The notes beneath the pieces are model-generated. The model saw nothing but the letters and a program-made list of their open reading frames with translations. It was not told the origin of the DNA and ran no database searches. The position numbers and the translations under genes are program-made. Shown here piece after piece: positions 39,369-50,546 of a stretch of 64,000 nucleotides of DNA. Numbering within the stretch: the stretch's first letter is position 1; each line of letters opens with the position of its first letter. The stretch is from Nitrosopumilus sp. Its GTDB lineage: Archaea; Thermoproteota; Nitrososphaeria; Nitrososphaerales; Nitrosopumilaceae. The DNA is taken from contig OZ242186.1 of assembly GCA_965205675.1 (NCBI GenBank), positions 288,001 to 352,000 on the forward strand. Reading direction: 5' to 3'.

Positions 39369-40649
39369 ATGAATTCTAAAAAGATAGGAATCAGTATTGC
39401 AGCAATTATTTTAATTATTACCAGTATCACTTATCTGGTATCATCAAGTTCAGATGTGGAGACGGATGTTCTTCCAGCAGATGTCATAAACGCGCCAGAT
39501 AAAGAAACATCATCAGAGTTAACAGGCAAAGTCACCATCGGATTAATTCTTCCGTTGACTGGAGACCTGGCAACCCATGGAACAGAAAACCATGAGGGCT
39601 CAAAATTTGGAGTATCAGAGTTTAACAAGCATCTGCAAGATATTGATGCCCCATGGCATCTGAAAATGGTCTCAGAGGACTCTGCAACCAATCCTGTAAT
39701 TGCACTGGAGAAACTAACTGCACTGCATGCAAAGGGAATCGAGATTATAGTGGGGCCTGAAACCAGCTCCAACATCCGAAACATGAAAGGCTATTCGGAT
39801 TCCAATAACATGTTGTTGGTCAGCTGTTGCTCGTCTGCTCCTTCACTGGCCATTCCAAATGACAGTGTATTTCGTCTAAATCCTGATGACTCTAATCAAG
39901 GGCCTGCAATTGCCAAACTAATGCAGCATGAGGGAATCAAGGTAATGGTTCCCGTATGGAGGGGAGACACGTGGGGTGATGGTCTGGGAGAGGCTGCATC
40001 AAACTCATTTGTACAAAGAGGAGGAATAGTAAGTGAGAATATTCGCTACAATCCCGAATCCCCAGAGTTTTCTGCATCCACTTCGCTGCTGGCACAAAAA
40101 GTACAAAAATACGCAGATGAGCATGGGGCAGAGAATGTAGGCGTCATGTTTTTGGGATTTGCTGAAGTGTTACAGTTCATGCAGTCTGCATCAGGACATG
40201 AGATACTAGAGAAGGTAAGATGGTTCGGACCAGGTGCAATTACAAAGGAGCATAATTTGATAGATGATCCAATAGGACTGGAATTCTCAACTAGTGTGCA
40301 ATTTACAACAGTACAGTTTGCACCTGCTGAAAATCCAACATATGAGAAGGTACAAACACATCTAACTGAGACTCTGGGTACCAATCCCAACACGTTTGTG
40401 CATTCCTCATATGATGCCGTATGGCTAATTGGGCTGGCAATGCTTGAAACTCAGAGCACAGATGTCAGTGCAATAAAAGATGCGATTCCGGGAATTGCTG
40501 AGAATTACATAGGGGCAATCGGATCTGCAAAACTAAACGAGGCAGGAGATCTGGCCCAGGCAGATTACAAAGTATGGGGAATCCGCGGGGGAGAATGGAT
40601 TGAACTGGGAAAATATACAATGATTGATGATGCTATTGCGTTTAACTGA
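39369..40649 (+). CDS. LivJ-like ABC substrate-binding protein, paralog 2
   Basis: Clear paralog of 32817-34151 (IGLILPLTGDL, IRYNPESPEFSASTSLLA, IGSAKLNEAGDL). Confidence 0.9.
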   Translation: MNSKKIGISIAAIILIITSITYLVSSSSDVETDVLPADVINAPDKETSSELTGKVTIGLILPLTGDLATHGTENHEGSKFGVSEFNKHLQDIDAPWHLKMVSEDSATNPVIALEKLTALHAKGIEIIVGPETSSNIRNMKGYSDSNNMLLVSCCSSAPSLAIPNDSVFRLNPDDSNQGPAIAKLMQHEGIKVMVPVWRGDTWGDGLGEAASNSFVQRGGIVSENIRYNPESPEFSASTSLLAQKVQKYADEHGAENVGVMFLGFAEVLQFMQSASGHEILEKVRWFGPGAITKEHNLIDDPIGLEFSTSVQFTTVQFAPAENPTYEKVQTHLTETLGTNPNTFVHSSYDAVWLIGLAMLETQSTDVSAIKDAIPGIAENYIGAIGSAKLNEAGDLAQADYKVWGIRGGEWIELGKYTMIDDAIAFN

Positions 40650-41001
40650 TTCCTAAATATATAATCTCTGGGGAATAAATAGCATATACAAATATTACAG
40701 AACAAAAAGAATCCATTTGAACATTCTAAAGTATATGTAACAATAAGATGGTTGTTGAATTTGTATTAGAAAGTATATGCAATGTTTACAATGATCAACG
40801 ATGTAGTGTCAAAATATTTCAGAATAACAAAGTTCAAACTTGATGTCACAAATTATATTTTTAGAATTGAAAAGTTGGAATTATCAAACTGTTTGAGATC
40901 TCTTTTGCAAAAGATAGCAAATCCGATTGTCTGTTGTTGCTAATCGTGTAATGATTCTCTAGGGGTGATATTCACCCAATCATCTAAAATTATTTTAAAA
41001 A

Positions 41002-42276
41002 TTATGGCCAAATACCTTTTTGGTTAAAGGCTTCTAATACTCTTTCAATCGCTAGAACCATAGTTGCTTTTCTCATATCTATTTTGTGCTTTTTACTAAG
41101 TGCATATGCGTCTCTAAATCCTTTAGTGATATTAGATTCCATCTTGTTTGCAACCTCATCAAATGTCCAATAATACCCAATGTTGTTTTGAACCCACTCC
41201 AGGTATGATATACATACACCACCAGAATTTGCTAGAATATCAGGAATTACCAGAATTTTCTTTTTAAGAATAATTGGATCTGCTTCGGGTAGTGTTGGAC
41301 CATTAGCAGCTTCTGCAATAATTTTACATTGTAGTTTATTTGCAATTTTTGCATTAATTTGATTCTCAAGCGCACCTGGAACTAGTATATCACATTTCGT
41401 AGTAAGTAATTCTTCAGTTGAGATTTTTCTGCTTCCTGGAAATCCAAGAACCGATCCTTTCTTTTGTTTATGAGCTAAAATTGCAGATACTTTGGCACTT
41501 TTTGGAATTGAAATTGAACCTTTAGAATCACTGACACCAATTATTTTTGCACCCATTTTTTCAAGATATTCGCCAGCAAAAGTTGAAGCATTTCCAAATC
41601 CTTGTAAAACTACTTTTGCACCTTTTAAACTAATTTTCAATGTTTTAGCAGCTTCTCTTACGGTATATGCTGCACCTAATCCCGTTGCAACATTTCGTGC
41701 AAGTGAACCTCCCATTGAAATCGGCTTACCAGTAATAACGCCAGGAGAATATTTGTTACCGTTTAGTTTACTAAATGTATCCATAATCTGTGTCATCTCT
41801 CTACCAGTGGTGTAAACATCAGGGGCAGGAATATCTTTTTCAGGACCAATAATCTCAGAAATTTTATATGCAAATCCTCTGGTAAGTCTTTCTAATTCAC
41901 CATTACTCAGTTTTTCAGTTTTTGGATTAACGTAAATTGCACCTTTACCTCCACCAAGAGGCACATTCACAATAGCACATTTCCATGTCATCCATGAAGA
42001 TAAAGCCATAACTTCGCGTTCCATGTATTCTACTCCGCCCTCGGGATTGAAATAACGAATACCCCCTTTGTATGGACCTCTATCATTGTTATGTTGACTC
42101 CTAAAACCTGTAAAAATTCTAATTTTCCCATTATCCATCTTGACGGGGATTTTAACTCTCAAAACTTTGTTTGGCATTGCCAAATATTCTCGTAACTCTT
42201 TATCCTTAATTCCCAGAATGTCACATGCATCATTAACTTGTTTTGTTGCATTGGCAAATGGATCAGACTTAACCAA
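41002..42276 (-). CDS. gdhA: Glutamate dehydrogenase
   Basis: GPYKGGIR, GGGKG, IPAPD, QGFGN, EAANGP. Confidence 0.96.
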   Translation of the reverse strand: MVKSDPFANATKQVNDACDILGIKDKELREYLAMPNKVLRVKIPVKMDNGKIRIFTGFRSQHNNDRGPYKGGIRYFNPEGGVEYMEREVMALSSWMTWKCAIVNVPLGGGKGAIYVNPKTEKLSNGELERLTRGFAYKISEIIGPEKDIPAPDVYTTGREMTQIMDTFSKLNGNKYSPGVITGKPISMGGSLARNVATGLGAAYTVREAAKTLKISLKGAKVVLQGFGNASTFAGEYLEKMGAKIIGVSDSKGSISIPKSAKVSAILAHKQKKGSVLGFPGSRKISTEELLTTKCDILVPGALENQINAKIANKLQCKIIAEAANGPTLPEADPIILKKKILVIPDILANSGGVCISYLEWVQNNIGYYWTFDEVANKMESNITKGFRDAYALSKKHKIDMRKATMVLAIERVLEAFNQKGIWP

Positions 42277-42348
42277 GATGATCGTATTGTAAAGTATCAG
42301 ATTATATAAGTTTGGTTGAAAATTTCTGATCGCAATTTAAGGAATCAG

Positions 42349-42732
42349 CTAAAGGTAAACTTTGGTATAGTTCATTTTTCTATCTAATCTTTCGATGGCC
42401 TCATCAAGTGCACCAATATTAATTTCAAGGAAATTAGACAAGTGAAATATTGCACCATATTTCTTACCAATTTTTGAGACCATGTTGTTTTTTTCTAGGA
42501 CTTTCATATGGTGTTGGATTGCTTTATAATCAAGATCAAGTTGTTTTGCTAATTGATGGGTATTGTATGGTTGCTCTAGAAGATGAATGATTATTCGCAA
42601 TCTAGTAAACCCGCCTCTTGTACTTGTAAATAAATACAATAGTAACTTTCTAGTCTGTTTGTCGATTTTTCTCTGTTCTGAGACTTGTTTTGATCTAATG
42701 ATCTTTTTGAATTCTAATAGTTGATTAGTCAT
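42349..42732 (-). CDS. ArsR-like winged-helix regulator
   Basis: TRGGFTRLRII...NTHQLAKQLDLDYKAIQHHMKVL. Confidence 0.88.
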   Translation of the reverse strand: MTNQLLEFKKIIRSKQVSEQRKIDKQTRKLLLYLFTSTRGGFTRLRIIIHLLEQPYNTHQLAKQLDLDYKAIQHHMKVLEKNNMVSKIGKKYGAIFHLSNFLEINIGALDEAIERLDRKMNYTKVYL

Positions 42733-42843
42733 ATTTCCTGAATTAATTAAAACCCATTTTGCTTAAAACCATATTTCCATATCTCACCCATATTCAGGCA
42801 TGACAATTACCCTTAAATTGACTGAGAATGAACTCGTGATATC

Positions 42844-43566
42844 ATGATGGCATCACGTGGTTACGATATGACTCCTACCATGTATTCACCAGATGGAAGA
42901 ATTTACCAAGTTGAATATGCTATTGAGACAGTAAAAAGAGGAACTCTAGCATTAGGTATTGCAACTAAACAAGGAGTTGTTATGGCAGTTGAAGAAAAGC
43001 CTAGAACCTTACAAACCAGTAACATCACACAGAAAATTTTCCAAGTAGATTATCATATTGGTGTAGCAGCAGCAGGATACATTCCAGATGCACGAGTTCA
43101 AGTAGATGGTGCAAGATTTTTCTCACAAGGAAATAGAATGACTTATGATGAATCTGTAGAAGTAGCAACAGTTGCCAAACATCTAGCAGATCAAGCTCAT
43201 CAATTTACACAATATGGGGGAGTACGCCCAAATGGTGTATCCATGATCATTGCAGGTATTGATCAGAAAGGAGAATCAATCTATGTTACTGATCCTAGTG
43301 GAACATATGTACAATTTGCAGCAGTTGCAATTGGCGCAGGTTCTGATGATGTTAATATATTTTTAGAGAAACATTACAAAGATGATTTGGGTTTGGATGA
43401 TGCAGCATCACTGGCTATAGCTGCAATTAATCTTAAAGCAGAAGCAAAAGATGTAGTCAATAACATAAAAATGGCAAAAGTTACATCTGAAGCAAAACTT
43501 TTTCAGAAAGTTTCTGAATCCGATTTACAAAATTATTCTCAAGACGCATTAAAGTTTGTACCGTAA
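42844..43566 (+). CDS. psmA: Proteasome alpha subunit
   Basis: GYDMTPTMYSPDGRIYQVEYA signature. Confidence 0.97.
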   Translation: MMASRGYDMTPTMYSPDGRIYQVEYAIETVKRGTLALGIATKQGVVMAVEEKPRTLQTSNITQKIFQVDYHIGVAAAGYIPDARVQVDGARFFSQGNRMTYDESVEVATVAKHLADQAHQFTQYGGVRPNGVSMIIAGIDQKGESIYVTDPSGTYVQFAAVAIGAGSDDVNIFLEKHYKDDLGLDDAASLAIAAINLKAEAKDVVNNIKMAKVTSEAKLFQKVSESDLQNYSQDALKFVP

Positions 43567-43619
43567 TAGAATTTTTGATTTGAAAACTATTCAAACAAGT
43601 ATATTGAGACGATAGATCA

Positions 43620-44309
43620 ATGGGTCTGGGGAGTTATTGGGGGGAAGTAATGGAAGTGCTTCGAGAAATCATTCCAATTTATGACAAAGTTAATTCTATT
43701 ATTTCATTAGGCAAAGATAAAGAACATAGAATTAGAGGAATCTCTAACAGAGTACACCCAGGTAACAAAATCCTAGATGCAGGTTCAGGTTTTGGCAACA
43801 TGTCAAAAACAGCAATGACATTGACAGAAGATAAAATCTCAATGACATTGTATGATCCACTTGTACCCATGTTAAAAAATACAGGCACATTTTTTGAGAA
43901 AACACCAGATATGGCAAATGGTGTTTTTGAACATATTCCATTTCAAGATGAAGAATTTGACGCTGTGTTATGTGGTTATTCTTTAAGGGATGCAATTAAT
44001 TTAAGAATTGCAATCTCTGAAATTCACAGAGTCTTAAAAAAAGATGGAAGATTCGTTATAGTGGATTTAGGAAAACCAGATAAGGCATTCTTTCGAGCAG
44101 GTGTTTCATTTTATCTTAGATGTATTTTACCTATTCTTGCATTTGTAGCAGGGGGAAGATTAGGATTAAAGTTTGGTACATTATATGGAACCTATAAACG
44201 ATGGCCAAAAAATAAAAAACTAGAAGAACTGATACTAGAAAAATTCTCCAGAGTAGAATTTGAGAAAGATCTTATGGGCGGGGCAATAATAGTTGCTGCA
44301 TACAAATGA
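43620..44309 (+). CDS. UbiE/MenG-like class I SAM methyltransferase
   Basis: YDKVN, ILDAGSGFG, PFQDEEFD, EIHRVLK. Confidence 0.88.
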   Translation: MGLGSYWGEVMEVLREIIPIYDKVNSIISLGKDKEHRIRGISNRVHPGNKILDAGSGFGNMSKTAMTLTEDKISMTLYDPLVPMLKNTGTFFEKTPDMANGVFEHIPFQDEEFDAVLCGYSLRDAINLRIAISEIHRVLKKDGRFVIVDLGKPDKAFFRAGVSFYLRCILPILAFVAGGRLGLKFGTLYGTYKRWPKNKKLEELILEKFSRVEFEKDLMGGAIIVAAYK

Positions 44310-45460
44310 ACAAAGTTCTGATACTAGTCAATATTACGGGTTTGATCATAGGAATTTCATATGGATTACACGGTCCAATCTTGCCAGTGTTTGCAAAAAA
44401 TATCATTGGTGCAACATACTTGGAACTTGGTATAATCGGACTAGCAAATTTTATTCCATACATGTTCATTCCACTTTTTGTAGGAATTTTACTAGACAGA
44501 ATCAACAACGGATACTTGCTTGCAGTTGGTGCTGTAATTAATTCTGCATCAATCTACCTTTTGTCAGTCGCACAATCAGTTCCAGAAATTATGGGATTTA
44601 GAATAATAACAGGTCTAGCGCATGCATTTTTTTGGCCTCCATGTGAGGCAATTATTTCAAATGAAAGTTCTGAGAAGAATAGAGTAAAACACATCTCATG
44701 GTTTACAATGTTTTTTGTAATTGGATTTATGATTGGGCCATTATTAGGCACAGTGTTACTTGAAGGTCTAGATATTACATACAGAATTTTATTCCAAATC
44801 GCGGCATTTATTCTCGCAGCAGCAATAATTTCTGCACTCTTAGTCTCAAAAAAGAGAATAAAAAAGCATCAAGATCGATTTTCATTTTCGTCAATTACAG
44901 AAATGAGAAAATTTCCAGAAGTCATAATATTATTAATTTTTTGTACATCATCATTTGGAATGATTCTTACAATATATCCAGCATTTCTTAATGGCAATGG
45001 AATGTCTGCTGCAGACATTTTGTTATTATATTTTGCTTTTGGCGTATCTCGAGTTGTATCTTTGGCATTAGCTGGGAAACTTGCAAAAAAAACCAGTCAA
45101 ACTTTGATTGCAGCAACTATGGCAGTTTCAGCAGGACTAGCTATATCAATAATTGCAGATTCAATCATTGTTTTTGGAATAGCACTGGTTCTAATGGGAT
45201 TTGGGTTTAGTATATTCTTCCCATTAACTTTGGAGATAATTTTGAGTAAAACACGAAAAAATATTTCAGGGAAGATCATTGGAGCATATGAAACAGTTTT
45301 CGGTATGGGGTGGGCAATAGGTCCAGCTGTAGGCGGGCCAATCACTCAATCATTTGGAAATGAGACACCATATGTGATATTTTGTGTAATAGGTATTGGA
45401 GTAACATTATTTGCAATAATCTTTAGAAATAAGCTGGAACTAGAAAGAATTCAAAATTAG
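44306..45460 (+). CDS. MFS transporter
   Basis: About 12 TM helices; GILLDR and FRIITG MFS motifs. Confidence 0.92.
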   Translation: MNKVLILVNITGLIIGISYGLHGPILPVFAKNIIGATYLELGIIGLANFIPYMFIPLFVGILLDRINNGYLLAVGAVINSASIYLLSVAQSVPEIMGFRIITGLAHAFFWPPCEAIISNESSEKNRVKHISWFTMFFVIGFMIGPLLGTVLLEGLDITYRILFQIAAFILAAAIISALLVSKKRIKKHQDRFSFSSITEMRKFPEVIILLIFCTSSFGMILTIYPAFLNGNGMSAADILLLYFAFGVSRVVSLALAGKLAKKTSQTLIAATMAVSAGLAISIIADSIIVFGIALVLMGFGFSIFFPLTLEIILSKTRKNISGKIIGAYETVFGMGWAIGPAVGGPITQSFGNETPYVIFCVIGIGVTLFAIIFRNKLELERIQN

Positions 45461-45766
45461 ATTGATATAGTGCTACGTTTTTTGACACACACATCAAGTA
45501 CATCATCAACTGTTGTAACAAATATCTTGCCATTGTATTTGGTACTATAGCGAGAAGCATAAGTTCGTGAGTTATTTTTTAGGTGTTTCAATTTGTTTAT
45601 TCGTATTTACCTATAGGCAAGATCAACTGATTTCTAGTTTTCTGAAATTATTTAGTTCACGAACTTTTGATCGTCGCTATAATAGCTCCCACCACCTAAC
45701 TTTTTTGGTTACAGTTACAACAGTATTTCGCAAATCCGACTGAATAATCACATCTATCTTTTTCAT
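45457..45766 (-). pseudogene. P-II family (GlnB/GlnK-like) pseudogene
   Basis: MKKIDVIIQS start and NGKIFVTTVDDVLD end, separated by frameshifts and stops. Confidence 0.6.
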
Positions 45767-45897
45767 AGAATTAATTTATACATAATTTTTTTAAACCATT
45801 ATGAGGTTTCCCACAGATGGGATTCAATGATGAAATCCATAATTTAGGCATGAATTTTGAACATTACGTTTAATTTCAATTTAAATAATAATAAAAC

Positions 45898-46245
45898 ATG
45901 GTTGGTAACCTGCTAAATATTGGTGGAAGTGAATGGATAATAATTATTTTTGTAGCACTAGTTTTAATTTTAGGTACAGGTAAACTTCCAGGTGCTGCTA
46001 AAAAAATGGGAAGAGCAGTCAACGAATATAATAAAGCCAAAAATGAAATTCAAGAACAAATGAAAGAGGTGACAGATGAAGCACCTAAAATTTCAGGACC
46101 AGTAGAAACTGAGCGAGAAAAATTAGAAATGATTGCAAAGTCAGCTGGAATAAAAGTTGGTAAGAAAACAGATGATGAGTTAAGAGAAAGTATTGCATCA
46201 AAAATAGGTCAGAAACGAACAGATGAATCCAAAGATGAAGAATAG
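45898..46245 (+). CDS. tatA: Twin-arginine translocase TatA/TatE subunit
   Basis: GGSEWIII...LGTGKLPGAAKKMGRAVNEY. Confidence 0.88.
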   Translation: MVGNLLNIGGSEWIIIIFVALVLILGTGKLPGAAKKMGRAVNEYNKAKNEIQEQMKEVTDEAPKISGPVETEREKLEMIAKSAGIKVGKKTDDELRESIASKIGQKRTDESKDEE

Positions 46246-47000
46246 GTTGCTTTGATTTTTTTAATTCTATATGTATCAGTGTCTAGATGTTTTTTAGTAA
46301 ATTTGTAATAGTCTGGAACTATTTCAAAATCGAGAAATTCTCTTTTGAGAGATTTATTCATTACTGCAACTTGATCAGAATCAAGGAAAGGATCAAATAC
46401 CAAATCATTTTTTTTGTTTGAATATCCTATTAATTTTTTAATTATTTCAAATGAAAAGCTTTGTTGGTGTTTTTTTTATCATCTGCTCAGCATTCGCTTT
46501 TGATATTTCAGACATTGTCTTTGTAATAAAGACTACGATTTTTTTTGAATTTAATAAAAGGGAATTTTTTTCGTTTCTTATCATCTTTACAAACATAACG
46601 ACAATGATAATGAGAAGTAACAACTTTTCTCTTGATAACGACTCCAAACTAATATTTCCAAATTACATGATTAATGATTGTAAATCCAACATCATCTAAA
46701 GTACATAAAATATATTTAAGATTATTTCATCCTAAAAAAATATACACGCTTTCAGAACCTTTTAAAATTTTAAAAACTTCACTAGTCCATCCAAATGTAA
46801 AATCATAGTAATCTTCAGGTTCAACTTTATTATACTCAGATAACACCTTAGATAAAGTCCTACTATAGTTTGCTTTTTTGTCTTGAAATATATTACAAAT
46901 GGAGAATTAGTTATTACAAATTCAATTTTATTTTTAGGAATTAAATTCATTCCTTTAATACAATTTTAATTGTAAATTTTGTTAATTTTTATTTTTAAAT
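46209..47000 (-). pseudogene. N4/N6 DNA methyltransferase pseudogene
   Basis: Fragments VITNSPF (motif IV remnant) and DLVFDPFLDS...FEI (eroded motif I); multiple stops. Confidence 0.7.
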
Positions 47001-47085
47001 CCAAGACCTTTTCTAGATTAATAATGTCGTGGACCATAATATTTGTCAAACAATAAATCATCAAAGATTTCTTATCAAATAGATC

Positions 47086-49599
47086 TTGAAGTTCTCATGT
47101 CCTAAATGCAAATCAAGAATAATAATTCAAAAAACATTCAATAAAAAAATGCATGTTTCTTGTGAAAAATGTGGAATTGAAGATCTGTTAGAATTCTCAA
47201 AAAATGTAGATGAAGTATTTTTAGAATTTCTTTCAAGATTTGATAAAGGATTAGTTACAGAAGACGGAATATCTAGAGGTCTCAAAGACGAAGGGATCAT
47301 CAGAGAAGAAAATGAAATCAAAAAAATGATAGGAAAAAATCACCCAGGTAAAATTACTGAGGAAATTTTATTTTCGAAAAAAGACTATATTTCACAATAC
47401 AAAGTACTGAGCAATCCTGAGCCTGAAATGGGCTGTAAAGTAGAAGAATTGGGATTAGATGAATCAATTACTAGTCATCTAGCAGAATTAAAAATTGAAC
47501 AGTTTTATAAATTTCAAGAAGAATCAATTAGAGAAATTACCTTTGGTGAAAACGTTATAATTGAAGCACCTACTGCATCTGGAAAAACTGAAGCATTTTT
47601 GATTCCAGTAATCCAAAGAATAAAAAAAGAATCTAATAAGAGTAGTAATGTTTTTGCAATTTTTGTATATCCTACAAAAGCATTATCCCGTGATCAATAT
47701 CCAAAAATTCAAAAATTTGTAGAAAAAATAAACATTAAAGTTAAAGTCTTTGATGGAGATACAAAACAAGAAGAAAGACGGAAAATAATTGAACACCCAC
47801 CACATATTCTAATTACAAATTTTGATGTGTTACATTATCATATGTGGCATCAAACAAAATTCTCATCATTATTAACATCCATTAGAATTATCATTACAGA
47901 TGAAGCTCATGTATATTCTGGAATTTTTGGATCAAACGTACATTACATCATAAAACGACTCAAAAGAATTTGTAATAATAAATTACAATTTGTGGCAGCA
48001 TCAGCTACACTTGATGATGCAAAAGAATTTTGTGAGAAACTATTTGGAGAAAATATGCAAAAAATTCAAGGTTCAGGCAGAAAAGGACAAACAGATTTTG
48101 CAATGTTATTTCCATCACTTCGAACACAAAGAGCACTAATGGTAGAATTGACAAAGAAATTAACTCAAAAAAATCACAAAACAATGGTTTTTAATAATTC
48201 ACATCTAAACTCAGAACTATTAGCAATTCAAGCAAAAAAACAAAAAGTCAACATTAAAGTTCACAGAGCAGGATTAATGGCAAATTATAGAACATCAGTT
48301 GAAAGGCAATTCAAAGAAGACCAATTACAAGCAATTTCATGCACTCCTACGCTTGAATTAGGCATAGATGTGGGCAATGTAGATTGTGTAATATCATCTA
48401 CCATCCCAGTAAACAGACTAATTCAAAGAATAGGAAGAGCAGCTAGAAAAGGTCAAAGGGGATATGCATTTTTAGCATTAGGAAACGATCCAATATCTCA
48501 ATATTACAAAAACCACCCTGATGATTATTTTGAAGATGTAGAAAAAACATACATTGATCCTAAAAATCCATTTGTTGAGGAGTTTCAAGTGTTAGCTATG
48601 GCATGTGATAGGCCAATATCAAAATATGAATTAAAAGAACATCAAGAAATCATTGAGCATCACATAATCAAAGAAAATCTAAAAGAGTTCAATAATAGAA
48701 TTATTCCAAATATTGACAAAATTAATTCTATGCTAAACGAATACAGCATAAGAGGGATTGGAAAATCAATAGATATCTTCTTAGCTGGAAAAAAAGTTGG
48801 GGACAGAGTATTACCAATTGCATTAGAAGAATTACACAAAGATGCAATCTATTTTTTAGCTGGAACTCGATACAAAGTCAAAGAATTTGATTATCCAGAA
48901 AAAAGCTATGCAAAACTTGAAAGAATTCCTAGAGACTATCCTTACTATACAAAATCATTAACAGAAGAATGGCCAATTATTGAAACAGTTTTTGAAAGAA
49001 GGAATGTACATGGTGTAGAAGTAGCATTTTGTAAATTACATATTAAAAAAAAGATATACGGTTATGCCAATATTGAACTAGGACAAGAAATTACACAAGG
49101 GGAAAAAATTGAATTAGATACTCCATTAGAATATGATTTTGTAACAAAAGGCATAGTATTTCATGCGCCACGACCTCTAAAAATTATCGAAGAATCTGAA
49201 GATAAAGAATATGCGGAAGCCAGTGGATATCATGCAACAGAACATGTGATGATCGAAGGCAGTAATATGATAACGGGTGGCGTGTCACAGGATTTGGGAG
49301 GTATTTCACTAGGTACTTCAGGCTTGATTTTTGTTTATGATGGAGCAATAGGAGGCAGTGGTGCAAGCAAAGCTCTCTATGATAGATTTGAGAATGCTCT
49401 AGAACGAAGTATGTCTATTGTAAAGGAATGTCCCTGCAAAAATGAATCTGGGTGTCCAAGATGTACATTCTCATACAGGTGTGGTAACAATAACGAATAT
49501 CTTCACAAGCATTCTGCTTTGGAGATTTTAGAGAGAATTAATTCAGGAGAGAAAACAGAATTGATTGATCCTATAGAAGGAGATAGGCCTCTAGTATAA
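47086..49599 (+). CDS. DEAH helicase with C-terminal DUF1998 Zn domain (Hrq1/SftH-like)
   Basis: PTASGKT, DEAH, SAT, LELGIDVG, QRIGRAAR, CPC-x3-GCPRC. Confidence 0.93.
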   Translation: MKFSCPKCKSRIIIQKTFNKKMHVSCEKCGIEDLLEFSKNVDEVFLEFLSRFDKGLVTEDGISRGLKDEGIIREENEIKKMIGKNHPGKITEEILFSKKDYISQYKVLSNPEPEMGCKVEELGLDESITSHLAELKIEQFYKFQEESIREITFGENVIIEAPTASGKTEAFLIPVIQRIKKESNKSSNVFAIFVYPTKALSRDQYPKIQKFVEKINIKVKVFDGDTKQEERRKIIEHPPHILITNFDVLHYHMWHQTKFSSLLTSIRIIITDEAHVYSGIFGSNVHYIIKRLKRICNNKLQFVAASATLDDAKEFCEKLFGENMQKIQGSGRKGQTDFAMLFPSLRTQRALMVELTKKLTQKNHKTMVFNNSHLNSELLAIQAKKQKVNIKVHRAGLMANYRTSVERQFKEDQLQAISCTPTLELGIDVGNVDCVISSTIPVNRLIQRIGRAARKGQRGYAFLALGNDPISQYYKNHPDDYFEDVEKTYIDPKNPFVEEFQVLAMACDRPISKYELKEHQEIIEHHIIKENLKEFNNRIIPNIDKINSMLNEYSIRGIGKSIDIFLAGKKVGDRVLPIALEELHKDAIYFLAGTRYKVKEFDYPEKSYAKLERIPRDYPYYTKSLTEEWPIIETVFERRNVHGVEVAFCKLHIKKKIYGYANIELGQEITQGEKIELDTPLEYDFVTKGIVFHAPRPLKIIEESEDKEYAEASGYHATEHVMIEGSNMITGGVSQDLGGISLGTSGLIFVYDGAIGGSGASKALYDRFENALERSMSIVKECPCKNESGCPRCTFSYRCGNNNEYLHKHSALEILERINSGEKTELIDPIEGDRPLV

Positions 49600-49641
49600 T
49601 AAATCAAAATGGGATAAATATAACAAGAATTTATAATCAAT

Positions 49642-50472
49642 ATGGAAAAAGTAGCTCTTGTTACAGGTAGCTCTTCAGGGATTGGATTAGAAACAGCATT
49701 ATCATTAGCAAGAAGTGGATATCACACATTTGCTAGCATGAGAAATCTGCAAAAAGAAGGAGAATTGAAGCATGCTGCAAAAAAAGAAAATCTTTCAATC
49801 AAAGTAATAGAGTTAGACGTAGACAAAGAAGAATCAATCACATCTGCAATTAAAGAAATCATGTCAGAAAGTGGTAGATTAGATGTACTAGTTAACAATG
49901 CAGGATATGGTCAATTTGGATGCACCGAAGATGTAACAATGGATGAATTTAGAAAACAATTTGAAACAAATTTTTTCAGTATTGTAAAGATTATTCAAGA
50001 AATTGCACCAATAATGCGAAAACAAAATTTAGGTAAAATTATCAATGTAAGCTCAATTGTGGGACGAATGGGACTCCCAGGATCTCCAGCTTATATTAGT
50101 TCAAAATTTGCATTGGAGGGATTGGGAGAATGTTTAAGATATGAATTGGGTCAATTCGGAATTGGCATTACTATGATTGAACCAGGTGTAATCAAAACTA
50201 ATTTTTTCAATTCAATGAAAGTTCCAGAATCAAAGACAGATCCAAAATACAAAACATTAACTGATAATATTTTAGCAGGATTGAAAATGATGGTGGAGAT
50301 GGGAACCGCACCTTCACAAGTTGCAGATGTCATCATGAAGGCAATCCATGATGATGAGATGTTACCGCGATATGTAGTAGGTACAGATGCGGCAATGTTT
50401 ATGGAGGCAAAAAAGACGAAAACAGACCTAGAATTTGAGAAATACATGAGTAAAGAGCTATTTCCTAGTTAA
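49642..50472 (+). CDS. SDR family oxidoreductase
   Basis: TGSSSGIG, NNAG, YISSK. Confidence 0.93.
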   Translation: MEKVALVTGSSSGIGLETALSLARSGYHTFASMRNLQKEGELKHAAKKENLSIKVIELDVDKEESITSAIKEIMSESGRLDVLVNNAGYGQFGCTEDVTMDEFRKQFETNFFSIVKIIQEIAPIMRKQNLGKIINVSSIVGRMGLPGSPAYISSKFALEGLGECLRYELGQFGIGITMIEPGVIKTNFFNSMKVPESKTDPKYKTLTDNILAGLKMMVEMGTAPSQVADVIMKAIHDDEMLPRYVVGTDAAMFMEAKKTKTDLEFEKYMSKELFPS

Positions 50473-50546
50473 TGCCATCTACGCTAAATTGATATACAGA
50501 TAGAACAGAGTTTTCGTCAAAGTCCACAATTTTGAGATGAAATGAA

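Noticed and set aside
47086-49599. DISARM/Druantia-type defence helicase
   Set aside because: Stand-alone DUF1998 helicase among housekeeping genes with no defence partners; the neighbouring methylase is a divergent pseudogene.
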